A stretch of DNA of 61,165 nucleotides, filler included. It is 4 parts of 4 records of this genome, joined end to end, with 100 filler letters (N's around TTAATTAATTAA, not from the genome) between each part and the next. Parts side by side here need not be neighbours in the genome. Positions count along the whole stretch, not along the records: positions 23,245 to 50,607 come from SRR31147125_23350; positions 50,708 to 61,165 come from SRR31147125_23366; 2 more parts are not named here. One strand, 5' to 3'. The notes under the pieces were generated by a model. That model made no database searches. It saw only the letters and a program-made list of their open reading frames with translations, and had not been told where the DNA came from. Both the position numbers and the translations under genes were made by a program. Position 1 is the stretch's first letter. Each line of letters begins with the position of its first letter. Positions 41,024 through 52,082 of the stretch are shown here, in pieces.

Positions 41024-42135
41024 ATACTGCATTAATAGTAGCCGCAGGAATGGGTATCCGTTCTGGCTTAAAAGAATCAAAAGTTTTATTTAAAGTGAAT
41101 CAAAAACCAATATTTTTATATAGTATTGAAACTTTTTTATCACTAGGCTTTAAAGTTGTTTTAGTTGTCAGTAAAAAAGACTATCAAGATATCATGGCAT
41201 ATGTTGATGAACGTGTAACGGTTGTTATGGGTGGAAAGACCCGTTCAGAAAGTGTTAAAAACGGTTTAAAAATTGTTGAGACGCCTTATGTATATATACA
41301 TGATGCAGCAAGACCGATGATTTCTAAAGATATGATTCTTGCATTATCAAAATCATTAGAGTTAAAAGATGCTGTATGTTTATTTGAAAAAGTCACACAA
41401 TCCATAAAGTTATATGATGGCAAGATGATTACATCAAAAAAACGAGATGCATATTTACTCGCACAAACACCTCAAGCGTTTGTAACAGAAAAAGTTAAAT
41501 ATGCATATTTAAGAACTGAAACATCATTTGATGATGACATTGCACTTTATCAAAGTTTCTATCCAGATGATGAAATCGGTGTGATTATCAATGAAGAAGA
41601 AAATTTAAAATTAACATATCAAAAAGATTTTGATTATTTTAAATATAAAATTGAAGGTGAAGATATGAGAATTGGTCATAGTTTTGATCTCCATCAATAT
41701 GTAGAAGATAGACCACTCATATTAGGTGGTATAAACATTGAGCATCATAAAGGATTATTAGGACACAGTGATGCTGATGTGTTATGTCATGTGATTGCTG
41801 AAGCGATGCTTGGTGCATTAGCATTAGGTGATCTTGGCACTCATTTTCCAGACCATGATCCAGCATATAAAAATATGGATTCAACTAAAATACTAAAAGA
41901 TGTCTATGATATGGTAAAATCTTTAGGGTATCATTTAGTGAATGTGGATGCGATGATTTTTGCACAAGCACCCAAACTTAATCCATATATACCAGAGATA
42001 AGAAATAATATAAGTAAAATTTTAGAACTAGATATAAATAAAATCAGTGTAAAAGCAACGACTTATGAAAAAGTAGACGCTATTGGTAAAGAAGAAGCAA
42101 TGGCAGCTGAAGCAACACTGTTATTAAAGAGGTAG
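41020..42135 (+). CDS. ispDF: Bifunctional IspD/IspF
   Basis: AAGMGIR..K, IHDAARP, AQTPQ (IspD); RIGHSFDLH, GHSDADV, GDLGTHFP, KATT.E (IspF). Confidence 0.92.
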   Translation: MNTALIVAAGMGIRSGLKESKVLFKVNQKPIFLYSIETFLSLGFKVVLVVSKKDYQDIMAYVDERVTVVMGGKTRSESVKNGLKIVETPYVYIHDAARPMISKDMILALSKSLELKDAVCLFEKVTQSIKLYDGKMITSKKRDAYLLAQTPQAFVTEKVKYAYLRTETSFDDDIALYQSFYPDDEIGVIINEEENLKLTYQKDFDYFKYKIEGEDMRIGHSFDLHQYVEDRPLILGGINIEHHKGLLGHSDADVLCHVIAEAMLGALALGDLGTHFPDHDPAYKNMDSTKILKDVYDMVKSLGYHLVNVDAMIFAQAPKLNPYIPEIRNNISKILELDINKISVKATTYEKVDAIGKEEAMAAEATLLLKR

Positions 42136-42139
42136 ACGA

Positions 42140-42409
42140 ATGATAGTAGAAACAGAATTTGGAAAATTTGAAATAATCAAAGATTATAGAGAAGCATTTG
42201 ATCTTGTTAAATTTCAAGAAAGATATGTCCCGGTGACATTTGATAAATATACATATATCGTAGGCGATATGTCATCAGAAAAATTAAGACTTAAAGGATT
42301 TAGTAAAGATCCTAAAAGTAAAAGAGGATTTAAACAAATCCCTGATTACTTAAATGAGTCATGTGCATATAATGGTGCATATTACATTTTAAAAAGAGTT
42401 AAGGAATAA
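42140..42409 (+). CDS. YutD/DUF1027 family protein
   Basis: KYTYIVGD....LRLKGF, DYLNESCAY...YY. Confidence 0.85.
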   Translation: MIVETEFGKFEIIKDYREAFDLVKFQERYVPVTFDKYTYIVGDMSSEKLRLKGFSKDPKSKRGFKQIPDYLNESCAYNGAYYILKRVKE

Positions 42410-42431
42410 TATGTGATTTAGTATAAATGAA

Positions 42432-42460
42432 TTGCAAGTATCATTATAATGATATATACT
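42432..42460 (+). promoter_or_regulatory. Promoter of the nifU-like gene with a perfect 16-bp palindrome in the spacer
   Basis: TTGCAA, 17 bp, TATACT; TATCATTATAATGATA at 42439-42454. Confidence 0.7.
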
Positions 42461-42485
42461 ATACATGAAAAAAGTAGGTGATTAC

Positions 42486-42716
42486 ATGAGTGAAACAAGA
42501 GCACAAGTAGAAAGTTTAATAACTAAAGTAAGACCATACCTACAAAGAGACGGCGGAGATATCGAAGTCGTTAGTGTAGAAGATGGTATTGTATATGTTA
42601 AAATGTTCGGTGCATGTGATGGATGCGTTGCATTAGATGTTACCTTAAAACAAGGTATCGAAACAATGCTTCTCGAAAATGTACCAGGCGTTATTGCTGT
42701 AGTTACAGTAGACTAA
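42486..42716 (+). CDS. NifU/Nfu-type Fe-S cluster carrier
   Basis: RPYLQRDGGDIE, GACDGC, TLKQGIE; ATG at 42486 after AGGTG. Confidence 0.92.
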   Translation: MSETRAQVESLITKVRPYLQRDGGDIEVVSVEDGIVYVKMFGACDGCVALDVTLKQGIETMLLENVPGVIAVVTVD

Positions 42717-42762
42717 TTAAAAATCAGGGGGCGATCTATTGTCGCCTTTTTGTTAGGAGAAT

Positions 42763-43611
42763 ATGATGAGTAGAAAAGTAGGAATCGTTATTGATTCAAC
42801 AGCAGGGTTAGATGCATCTTTTGTTAAGAAACATCAAATCGATGTGGCAACCCTCAAAGTCATGATTGGTGAAAGTGAATATATTGACGGACAATTTGAT
42901 CCTGATCTTGTGGTACAAGCATTACAAAAACACGTCAAAGTAAAAACAAGTCAACCTTCACCGGATATGTTTATTAAAGCATATGAAAATCAATTGTCTT
43001 TATATGATGAAGTCATTTGTTTAACGTTATCTAAATCATTAAGTGGTACATTTAATAGTGCAACACTGGCTAAAACTATTTTAGAAAATGATAAAATTGT
43101 TGTTATTGATAGTGAATCAACAATTACAGGTGAAGCGTATTTAGCAGAAAAACTAGTTCAATATCTTGAAGAAGGACATAATGCGACAGAAGCGCAAGCC
43201 TACATGGAAGCATTAAAAGAACAAGGATCACTTGTATTTACAGTAGATAATTTATCGACACTTCATGATAATGGAAGACTTTCCAAACTACAAGCGACTA
43301 TCGGTAATATTTTAAGAATCAAACCGATCTTAAGATTTAAACGAGGCGTCTTAGATGTTGAGCAAAAAGTAAGAGGATTTCAAAAAGCATTTAACTATTT
43401 AGTAAAAGAAGTTAAATCAATCTTAGACATGGGAAAAGATGCAGTGGTTCGCATTGCATATGTTGATCGTTCACTTGAAGCAAAGGAGTTAGAACATGAA
43501 CTCGTGCAACTTGGCGAGCATGTTGATGTGAAGATTATGGGTGTTGTGTCACCGGTTATATCTGCACATGTTGGACTTGGTGGACTTGGTATTTACCTTG
43601 GATATGAATAA
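42763..43611 (+). CDS. DegV family fatty-acid-binding protein (FakB-like)
   Basis: DSTA, KTSQPS, LSKSLSGT, NGRLS, IKPIL, SAHVG. Confidence 0.93.
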   Translation: MMSRKVGIVIDSTAGLDASFVKKHQIDVATLKVMIGESEYIDGQFDPDLVVQALQKHVKVKTSQPSPDMFIKAYENQLSLYDEVICLTLSKSLSGTFNSATLAKTILENDKIVVIDSESTITGEAYLAEKLVQYLEEGHNATEAQAYMEALKEQGSLVFTVDNLSTLHDNGRLSKLQATIGNILRIKPILRFKRGVLDVEQKVRGFQKAFNYLVKEVKSILDMGKDAVVRIAYVDRSLEAKELEHELVQLGEHVDVKIMGVVSPVISAHVGLGGLGIYLGYE

Positions 43612-43616
43612 TCATT

Positions 43617-43655
43617 AGAGTTAACAAATAGGGTGTATTTGTTAACTCTTTTTTT
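43617..43655 (+). terminator. Intrinsic terminator after degV
   Basis: AGAGTTAACAAATA/TATTTGTTAACTCT perfect stem plus T-run. Confidence 0.85.
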
Positions 43656-44136
43656 ATATAAAAAAATGCTATAAAAAATTCAAAACAAAAAAATAAAAGA
43701 TAATATTTATTATTTTATTATTTTTAAAAATATTTTTTGATATATAGACAGTTAAAAATAAGATACAATGATTTGGCTTTATAAAAGGATTAATCTCATA
43801 GTCTTCATAGATTTACCAATCGCTTTAGTTTCATTTACAAGTTAAAAACATGTTTTTTTAATCGTTAAAACCTATATAAATTCTTTAGAAATAGGTGAAG
43901 AAATACTTACATAAAATAACTCATTTTAAGCGTATTTAAAGAAAATATGGTCAAAATAATCATTTAATCGCTTTATAAGGCAAATAAGTAGTCTTTTAAT
44001 CAGTAAATGGAATATCGATGTAAATTAGATCGATCAAGCGTTCATATCTATGATAGCGTTATTACAACGATAAGTTTGCGGTAAACCTTTTAAAATAGAC
44101 TTTCATTTATGATATAATCTATACGAGGTAATAAAT

Positions 44137-44460
44137 ATGAAAGTAAAAGACGAAGTCGTATGTAAGGTGACAGGGATTCAACCTTACGGTGTGTTTGTTG
44201 CATATAAGGACTACGTGGGTTTAATTCATATTTCTGAAGTATCAGATCAATATGTCCAATCACTTGATACCATCATGTGTGTTGGCGATGAAGTCGATGC
44301 TACCATTTTAGAAATCGATGAAGAGAATAAACGTTTAAAACTTAGTTACAAACAATCAAATCCCATCCATCCAAGAATACAAAAGATGGTAAAAATTCAA
44401 ATAGGATTTCACTCGTTATCCAAAGCATTACCGTTTTGGATTGAGAAAACAAAAAAATAG
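44137..44460 (+). CDS. S1 RNA-binding domain protein (YugI/GSP13-like)
   Basis: VTGIQPYGVFV, GLIHISEVS, GFHSL...LPFWI tail; precedes pgi. Confidence 0.88.
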   Translation: MKVKDEVVCKVTGIQPYGVFVAYKDYVGLIHISEVSDQYVQSLDTIMCVGDEVDATILEIDEENKRLKLSYKQSNPIHPRIQKMVKIQIGFHSLSKALPFWIEKTKK

Positions 44461-44472
44461 AGGTGTAAAAAC

Positions 44473-45780
44473 ATGGCACATTTAAAATTAGTGTTAGACG
44501 ACGCACGTCCTTTTTTAGACGCGCAACCAGAATCATTACAAGAAAGAGTTAATGAATTACATCAAGTGATTCATGAAAAAACTGGTAAAGGTAACGACTT
44601 TTTAGGTTGGTTAGATTTACCAAATGCATATGATAAAGCAGAGTATGCACGTGTATTAGAAGCAGCTAAACGTATAAGAAAACAAAGTGATGTTTTAGTA
44701 GTCATTGGTATTGGTGGTTCTTATTTAGGTGCAAAAGCTGGCTTAGAGTTTTTAAAAGTTCCATTTCAAAAGGATGCATTAGAAATCGTATTTGCTGGAC
44801 ATCAAATGTCAGGTAGCTATTTAAAAAACCTTGTTGATTATTTAGATGATAAATCATTTAGTATTAATGTCATTTCTAAATCAGGGACAACAACAGAACC
44901 TGCCATTTCATTTAGAGTATTAAAAGCATTACTTGAAGAAAAAGTAGGATTAGAAGAAGCAAAAAATAGAATTTATGCAACAACTGATAAAGCACGCGGT
45001 GCACTTTATTCACTTGCGAAAGAAAATGGATATGAGATGTTTGTCATTCCAGATGATGTAGGTGGACGCTTTAGTGTCTTAACACCTGTAGGGTTATTGC
45101 CACTTGCTGCATCAGGTGCAAATACATCGGATATATTAAAAGGTGCACAAGATGCTTATGCACGATTTAACAATCCTGATTTATCACAAAATGAAGCATA
45201 TTTATATGCTGCAACACGTTATTTATTATATAATCAAACAGGTAAGAAAATTGAAATGCTTGTCGGTTATGAACCAAGACTATTGTTTTTAAACGAATGG
45301 TGGAAACAATTATTTGGTGAATCAGAAGGTAAAGATAACTTAGGTATCTTTGTTGCAAGTGCTGGGTTTTCAACAGACCTTCACTCACTTGGGCAATACA
45401 TTCAAGATGGAGAAAGACATTTATTTGAAACTGTCTTAAAAGTTAAATCATTAGAAGATGATGTAGTCATTCCATCTGATGAAAAAAATCTTGATCAACT
45501 AAATTATATTGCTGGTAAGAAATTATCATATGTCAATGATCAAGCGTTAAAAGGTACAATGATGGCCCATAAAGATGGTCAAGTTCCTAATATGTTATTA
45601 GAACTACCAACATTAGATAGTTATACATTTGGATATCTTGTATATTTCTTTCAAAAAGCATGTGCAATGTCAGCTTACCTCTTAGATGTTAATCCATTTA
45701 ACCAACCTGGTGTAGAAGCATATAAGAAAAACATGTTTGCATTACTTGGAAAAAAAGGATACGAAAATATATTAAAGTAG
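44473..45780 (+). CDS. pgi: Glucose-6-phosphate isomerase
   Basis: [41 protein letters not shown]. Confidence 0.98.
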   Translation: MAHLKLVLDDARPFLDAQPESLQERVNELHQVIHEKTGKGNDFLGWLDLPNAYDKAEYARVLEAAKRIRKQSDVLVVIGIGGSYLGAKAGLEFLKVPFQKDALEIVFAGHQMSGSYLKNLVDYLDDKSFSINVISKSGTTTEPAISFRVLKALLEEKVGLEEAKNRIYATTDKARGALYSLAKENGYEMFVIPDDVGGRFSVLTPVGLLPLAASGANTSDILKGAQDAYARFNNPDLSQNEAYLYAATRYLLYNQTGKKIEMLVGYEPRLLFLNEWWKQLFGESEGKDNLGIFVASAGFSTDLHSLGQYIQDGERHLFETVLKVKSLEDDVVIPSDEKNLDQLNYIAGKKLSYVNDQALKGTMMAHKDGQVPNMLLELPTLDSYTFGYLVYFFQKACAMSAYLLDVNPFNQPGVEAYKKNMFALLGKKGYENILK

Positions 45781-45787
45781 GGTTTAA

Positions 45788-46246
45788 ATGAAATCAAAAG
45801 TTACAAAATCAGTTGAAGAAACAAAGTTCTTAGGATATGAACTTGGCTTGTTGTTAAAAAATGAGGAACATATTGTTATTTTATTAGATGGTGAATTAGG
45901 ATCTGGTAAAACAACGTTCACACAAGGGCTTGCTGACGGTTTAGGCATTAAGCAAATCGTTAATTCTCCAACATTTACAATTATGAAAAAATATCAAACA
46001 CCTGATCGATTTAAATATTTGTATCATCTAGATCTCTACCGCTTGCAAGAAGCTGGTAGTGATTTTGATTTAGAAGAATATATCGATGGTATGGGGATGG
46101 TAGTGATTGAATGGCCTTTTCAAGTTGAAGAGTTTATGCCAACCGATCACTTACGTATTACCATTAAAAAAATTAGTGATACCGAAAGATCATTTGATAT
46201 GGAATGTTTCGGATATCCATGTAAGAGAGCGATTGAATCTATATGA
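45788..46246 (+). CDS. tsaE: t6A biosynthesis ATPase
   Basis: GELGSGKTT, SPTF, HLDLYRL, IEW. Confidence 0.96.
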   Translation: MKSKVTKSVEETKFLGYELGLLLKNEEHIVILLDGELGSGKTTFTQGLADGLGIKQIVNSPTFTIMKKYQTPDRFKYLYHLDLYRLQEAGSDFDLEEYIDGMGMVVIEWPFQVEEFMPTDHLRITIKKISDTERSFDMECFGYPCKRAIESI

Positions 46247-46845
46247 AAACAATAATATTTGATGTTTCAACACAAGTCATGTATGTCGGATATATCAAAG
46301 ATGGCATTTTAGTTGATTTTAGTATTAGAATAGCCATTAGAGATCATGCGAAATACTTAGTTGATCGCATTGATCAAGTAATCAAAAGAAATAAATTAGC
46401 CATTGATGATATCGATCAAATGATTGTGGGTAAGGGTCCAGGATCATATACAGGTATTCGTGTTGCAGTGATGGTTGCTAAAATGATTGGTTTTTCTAAA
46501 GAAATGCCAATTAAAACAGTGAGTAGTTTGTTTTTCTTAACCAGTGGTTATGAAGGCAAAGTTGCAGCTTTAATCGATGCAAGACGAGGATATGTTTTTT
46601 CAGCAGTTTATGAAAACGGGGAAATGATTTTAGACGAAGGGTATCGTCGTTTAACTGATTTACAACAAAACGATATTTATAAACAGGCTAGAACAGTATT
46701 TTTAGATGATCGCACATATGAAGTATCAGCAAAACCTATTTTAGAACATGCAGTGCTTGTTGAGGATATTCATGGGTTTATACCTAATTATCTAAGAAAG
46801 ACTGAAGCGGAAAATAATTATGATAAGATGCGCAAGAACCAGTGA
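46243..46845 (+). CDS. tsaB: t6A biosynthesis protein
   Basis: GPGSYTGIR, IDARR, PNYLR. Confidence 0.95.
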   Translation: MKTIIFDVSTQVMYVGYIKDGILVDFSIRIAIRDHAKYLVDRIDQVIKRNKLAIDDIDQMIVGKGPGSYTGIRVAVMVAKMIGFSKEMPIKTVSSLFFLTSGYEGKVAALIDARRGYVFSAVYENGEMILDEGYRRLTDLQQNDIYKQARTVFLDDRTYEVSAKPILEHAVLVEDIHGFIPNYLRKTEAENNYDKMRKNQ

Positions 46846-47253
46846 TATTCCGCTCATTGTGAGTATCGAGAAAAAAGTACTCAAAGAATCTTTAGGAAGT
46901 AAGTTTTTATTTCAAGAAATAAACTTAAACCCATTAGCGATGTATTATGTCTATGAACTTAATCGTGAGATTATTGGATATATTGGATTTAGAGTTGATG
47001 TAGGACAGGCAGAAATGATGAATTTTGTCATTAAACCTACACACCAAAACGAAGGATATGGACAAGCACTTCTTCATCATGCATTCAATGAATTGATAGC
47101 ATTAAGTGTTAAACAAATATCTTTAGAAGTAAGAAAAAGTAATCTAAGAGCTCAGCACCTTTATGAGAAACTTGGATTTAAACATATGCACATAAGAAAA
47201 AATATTATAAAAATGAAGACGCATATGTTTATATAAAGGAAGTGTATCGATGA
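46820..47253 (+). CDS. rimI: Ribosomal protein S18 alanine acetyltransferase; frameshift in A-run near 47200
   Basis: [17 protein letters not shown]; adding one A restores [11 protein letters not shown] and a stop overlapping the tsaD ATG. Confidence 0.88.
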
Positions 47254-48254
47254 GAATATTATCAGTTGAATCTTCATGTGATGAGACAAGCGTTGCCATT
47301 GTCGAAGATGGCAAAAAAGTGATATCACATGTTGTATTATCACAAATAGATGTTCATAAAGTTTTTGGCGGTGTTGTGCCTGAAATTGCTTCACGTAATC
47401 ATATTGTACATATGACACGTGTTTTTGAACAAGCGTTAAAAGAAGCAAATATGACAGCGAAAGACATTGATTTAGTTGCAGTGACACGCGGGCCTGGATT
47501 AATTGGATCTTTATTAGTTGGTATTAATGCAGCAACAACATTTGCTTTTGCTAATGATTTACCGATTATAGGAACAAACCACTTAATTGGACATATTTAT
47601 GCTGCAGGTATTGAGCATGAATTAAAATTCCCGGCACTTGCTTTATTAATAAGTGGTGGGCATACTGAACTTTTATATATGAAAGATCATATGGATATTA
47701 AAATGTTGGGAACAACATTAGATGATGCAGTCGGTGAAGCTTATGATAAAGTCGCTAGAACTTTAGGTCTTGCATATCCTGGAGGACCTGTTGTTGACAA
47801 ACTTGCAAAACAAGGACATCCAACTTATCATTTACCAAGACCACTTATTGATGATCCCTCATTTAATTTTAGTTTTTCAGGATTAAAAAGTGCAGTTATA
47901 AATTTAGTGCACAATGAAACACAACGTGGGCATAAGATTAATGTAGAGGATATGTCTGCATCATTTCAGCAAAGTGTCATAGATGTATTAATTTCAAAAA
48001 CGAAACGTGCAGCAGACCACTTAAATGTTAATCAAATTATCATTGCTGGTGGTGTTGCAGCAAACAAAGGATTAAGAGAAAGAATATTTGATGAAATACC
48101 AGATAAAGAGATTATTATACCTTCAATGAAATATTGTACAGACAATGCAGCAATGATAGGCGCTGCAGCATATTATCAGTATTTAAAAGAAGGGGCATCA
48201 AAAAAATATTTACTAAGTGGAGAGTCAACAATTCCATTTGATTTATATGAATAA
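47250..48254 (+). CDS. tsaD: t6A synthase catalytic subunit
   Basis: [43 protein letters not shown]. Confidence 0.98.
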   Translation: MRILSVESSCDETSVAIVEDGKKVISHVVLSQIDVHKVFGGVVPEIASRNHIVHMTRVFEQALKEANMTAKDIDLVAVTRGPGLIGSLLVGINAATTFAFANDLPIIGTNHLIGHIYAAGIEHELKFPALALLISGGHTELLYMKDHMDIKMLGTTLDDAVGEAYDKVARTLGLAYPGGPVVDKLAKQGHPTYHLPRPLIDDPSFNFSFSGLKSAVINLVHNETQRGHKINVEDMSASFQQSVIDVLISKTKRAADHLNVNQIIIAGGVAANKGLRERIFDEIPDKEIIIPSMKYCTDNAAMIGAAAYYQYLKEGASKKYLLSGESTIPFDLYE

Positions 48255-48260
48255 ACAAGT

Positions 48261-48286
48261 AAAAGCACAAAAATGTGCTTTTTTTT
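48261..48286 (+). terminator. Intrinsic terminator after tsaD
   Basis: AAAAGCACA/TGTGCTTTT plus T-run. Confidence 0.75.
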
Positions 48287-48365
48287 GAAGTTCAAACCAT
48301 CATTGATAACAATATAGTTGTATTTTTATGCATAAAATTATATGATTAAATTATCATAGGAGGAT

Positions 48366-50039
48366 ATGAAAATGAAGTTTTTATTTAAACATTTAGTATT
48401 ACCCATATTATTTATATTAGCCATACCGGCAACAATCCTTGCGTTTATGTATAGTGATGTTGCGATACCAGTAGATGATTATGGTACAGCAGGTACGGTT
48501 AATTTATCATCAATGATATCAGAAGAGATGGATGCATTTTTAACAAATCCTAGTAGTGATTCTAGTATTGCGATTGCTGTTGAGCAATCAGATGCAAATA
48601 CTATGATTAAAGATCAATTACTTGCAGGGCTTAATGAAGATTTCTTAGATGGCTCTGGTGGAGATAACGACTCCTATGTGATTAAAGAAGATTTCTTTGG
48701 CTATCAAGGATCTTGGGTTCGATTTGAAGATGATATTGTTGAAATTGAATCAGGGGCACATGTCTTTGTTGGCGGATTTACATATAAAACAAGTTTACTC
48801 ATTACATTTAAATTAGAAGTGGATACAGAAGAAGTCATATTAACACTTGATAAGATTAATATCGGACATATTCCTTTTGCCTGGATATTTGGTGTTGCTG
48901 ATTGGGCTGTAGAAATCGCAACCGGTACTGGTGTTGAAGATATGATTAATGAACAGTTAGATGGACTTGCAACATTTGATCCTAACACACGAGAAATTAA
49001 ATTTGATGTACAGGATTTAATTGATCAACAAGTAGGTGAAAGTGATCCGGATAGTGCAGCACTAATCAATTCATTATTGACATTCCTTGGACAAAACGAA
49101 TTATTAGACATTGGATTTAATGAAGGTAGTTTTGATGCAGGTTTCCAATTAGGGAAATTACTTGATGAAACAACACCTTATCAATTAGATGCAAATGATC
49201 GCTTGCAAGATCAATCAGATTTACAAGATATATTAGAAACAAAAGCAACTTCTATTGCTGTTAGTGTATTAACAACTGATTCTGATCCTTATATTGATTT
49301 AGATGAGTTTACTTTAAATCGTATGTTAGATTATATGATGCAAGAAAGTTCAAGTTCTCCTGGTGTTTTATTTTCAACAACATTCTTAGATCAATACATT
49401 TTAACAGCAGGTATGTTATATGTAGAGATGGATGATAACTTTGTTGTTAATATTCCATTAGAAATTGTTGATCAAAATGATGCAGCAAAAGCATTTAATA
49501 CCATTATTAAAATTGATGCAACACCATCCATTCAAAATGAATCGGATTTAGTGATTGAATTAAATAGTCTAGTTGCTGGTCAAGTGTCATTAGAAAAAGA
49601 ACATATGGATGCCGTTCTAGGTTTAATTGGAGAAAATGATTTTATCCAAGATGGCAATATCGTCTTAGAAGATTTTGATGCACAAATGCAACAAGCTGGT
49701 ATGTCTATTAATGATATTGAAGTCAGTGGTTCTAATTTAAGAATGTATGTTGAACTAGATACTGCAATTGATGTCTCAGGTTTACAAGATGCTGTTGAAG
49801 ATGCACTTGATACAATTGCTGGTGATCCTGCATATGATGAAGTATCTGATGAAATTGATGCACTACTTGACATTGTTACAAACCCAGCATCAACTGAAGA
49901 TCCTGAAGAAGCAGCACAAGCATTAATCGATGCTATCGGTGATATGGATGATGCTGATCAACAGGCATTATTTGATGAACTTGCAGATGATTTATCAGAT
50001 GCAGGCTTCTCATTAGATGATATTTTAGGGCTAGCATAA
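48366..50039 (+). CDS. Membrane-anchored, highly acidic hypothetical protein
   Basis: GGAGG RBS, single N-terminal TM, D/E-rich body, followed by a terminator. Confidence 0.85.
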   Translation: MKMKFLFKHLVLPILFILAIPATILAFMYSDVAIPVDDYGTAGTVNLSSMISEEMDAFLTNPSSDSSIAIAVEQSDANTMIKDQLLAGLNEDFLDGSGGDNDSYVIKEDFFGYQGSWVRFEDDIVEIESGAHVFVGGFTYKTSLLITFKLEVDTEEVILTLDKINIGHIPFAWIFGVADWAVEIATGTGVEDMINEQLDGLATFDPNTREIKFDVQDLIDQQVGESDPDSAALINSLLTFLGQNELLDIGFNEGSFDAGFQLGKLLDETTPYQLDANDRLQDQSDLQDILETKATSIAVSVLTTDSDPYIDLDEFTLNRMLDYMMQESSSSPGVLFSTTFLDQYILTAGMLYVEMDDNFVVNIPLEIVDQNDAAKAFNTIIKIDATPSIQNESDLVIELNSLVAGQVSLEKEHMDAVLGLIGENDFIQDGNIVLEDFDAQMQQAGMSINDIEVSGSNLRMYVELDTAIDVSGLQDAVEDALDTIAGDPAYDEVSDEIDALLDIVTNPASTEDPEEAAQALIDAIGDMDDADQQALFDELADDLSDAGFSLDDILGLA

Positions 50040-50062
50040 AACAAATTCATAAAGTTGATTGT

Positions 50063-50093
50063 AAAGATGAAGCACTAAGCTTCATCTTTTTTT
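50063..50093 (+). terminator. Intrinsic terminator
   Basis: AAAGATGAAGC/GCTTCATCTTT plus T-run. Confidence 0.8.
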
Positions 50094-50165
50094 ACTTTCT
50101 TAATGCATCTTTCTTATAATTTTGATAAAATAATATCAATCACTAGACACACTGGAGGTCATTTC

Positions 50166-50607
50166 ATGGATAATGTTGTGATTGGATCAAATCGCTCATC
50201 TATGCGAAAAGAAGAAATATCATATGGTTATGATTTAGTTTATAGACAACAAAACATTTTTGATTTTATATTTTTATTTATGCTCATGATTGTACTAGCG
50301 GTTGCGATTGTATCATTTCCTCTAGTTGACGAAAGATATCGTATATATATTTTTTTAATACCAATCACAGCAGCAATCATTTATACGATTTCACGGATTA
50401 ATCGTTATGTGATTAAATTAAGAGTCATTGAATCACAATTTTCATCGAATGAACCTATTGTGATGCAAGTGACTTTTTATCAAGATTTATTTGATGTGGA
50501 AACACATATACTTGGTAAAATTAATATGTTTGCAGTTAACTATAGCGACATTAAACGTATTATCTATGATAAGCGTATTGTTGTCATTGTTAGACATGAA
50601 GAAAAAA
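50166..50607 (+). CDS. Two-TM membrane protein (YcxB-like), 3' truncated
   Basis: GGAGG RBS before ATG 50166; two TMs, then a beta-rich segment ending YSDIKRI. Confidence 0.6.
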
Positions 50608-50707
50608 NNNNNNNNNNNNNNNNNNNNNNNNNNNNNNNNNNNNNNNNNNNNTTAATTAATTAANNNNNNNNNNNNNNNNNNNNNNNNNNNNNNNNNNNNN
50701 NNNNNNN
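50608..50707. other. Artificial contig spacer
   Basis: N44-TTAATTAATTAA-N44. Confidence 0.98.
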
Positions 50708-50987
50708 TTTAGCTCTAACAAAAGATAAAACACTAAATAGCAAAAAAGAACAAATGAGAAACTCTCTTATTAGGCTTAACTCTACATTCAAAGAAGCTGG
50801 AATTGTTAAATTAGCTGATAGAATAACGAATCTGCAATCTCCACCAGAAAATTGGAATTCTGAGAAGATTATAGAATATAGAAATGAGGCTATGTCTATC
50901 TTAGAGTCACTTAAGGGTAAAAATCAATATTTAGAAAGTAGGCTACAAGCAAAAATTGAATCTTATGAAAAGTTTATCGGAAAATAG
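50708..50987 (+). CDS. Mesh1-like small (p)ppGpp hydrolase (HD domain), 5' truncated
   Basis: ALTKD...VKLADRITNLQSPPENW..EK..EY. Confidence 0.8.
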
Positions 50988-51002
50988 TTTTCATTAACAT
51001 AT

Positions 51003-51032
51003 AAAAAATGGACTTCAAGTTGAAGTCCATTT
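51003..51032. terminator. Bidirectional terminator
   Basis: AAATGGACTTCAA/TTGAAGTCCATTT between convergent genes. Confidence 0.8.
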
Positions 51033-51057
51033 CTTATATTATTATTCAAAGTATCTT

Positions 51058-52082
51058 TTAAGCTATTGTATATCTTGCCCTTCCTTTTTTCTTTGAATTA
51101 TATAACAATTCATCTGCCCTTTTGAATACTGATATCATATCATCATTTTCATGTAACCTTGTAACACCCAGACTAACAGTTACAGGCTCATTGTCACGCG
51201 TTTTTATCTTTTTAATTTTTTCATAATATATATTTAACATCTTAATTAGCTTTTTTTCTCTACTTGAGTGATTATACAAAATTCATCTCCACCCCACCTG
51301 GCAATAAATGTATCATCTCCTGTAATATCCTTTGCATAATCTGCAAGCTTACAAATTATTCTATCTCCCTCTCGATGTCCATAATTATCATTGATTTTTT
51401 TAAAATAGTCAATGTCAGCTATCATAACCCACATCTCATTATCAACATGCTCTCTGTTCTTCAAAACCTCTTCCATTTTTTTATCAAAAGCTCTACGATT
51501 ATACACATTCGTCAAAGAATCCATATGTGCGAAATAATTTAATTTTTCATTCGCTTCCCGTAATTTCTGTTTATCCTTTAGATAAGCTTTTGCAAATTGA
51601 ACTATCACAAAATGACCAAACAATAAAGTTGCAACTAGCTGGATGAATTTATCGCCACTATAAGATTTTATATTAGACTCTGCCAAAACATGGGGAAATT
51701 TATATTCTATAGCTATCAATGAAGATACTACAATCAGTAAAATAAATAGTAACAGTGTTCGCTCTGATTTTTGAAATATAAAAGAGATAAAAAACATCAC
51801 CAATAGTATATAGGGTACTACAGATGTACAGCCTCCTGAATCAAACCAAATATATGGTAAAAAAAACAGTGTTGTTGTTGTAAAATAAGTAATTTTTTTG
51901 CTAACTGCATCACAAAGCCAGTAAGAATATACCGATGTAGTAAATAAAATTACCCATTTCACGTTTATTCCCAATGGAAATCCAAATCCGATATTAACTA
52001 CAACGCTAACAATCGAGAGAAGGATTGATCCCTTTATTATTATTCCAAACATTATGTCTTGAAGCTCTGATTCTTTAGTCAT
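51058..52082 (-). CDS. Membrane-bound diguanylate cyclase; frameshift in A-run near 51255
   Basis: DSLTNVYNRR, DIDYFKKINDNYGH..GD, RWGGDEF; adding one A joins the C-terminal piece (SLGV, ADELLYNSKKKGR). Confidence 0.9.
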
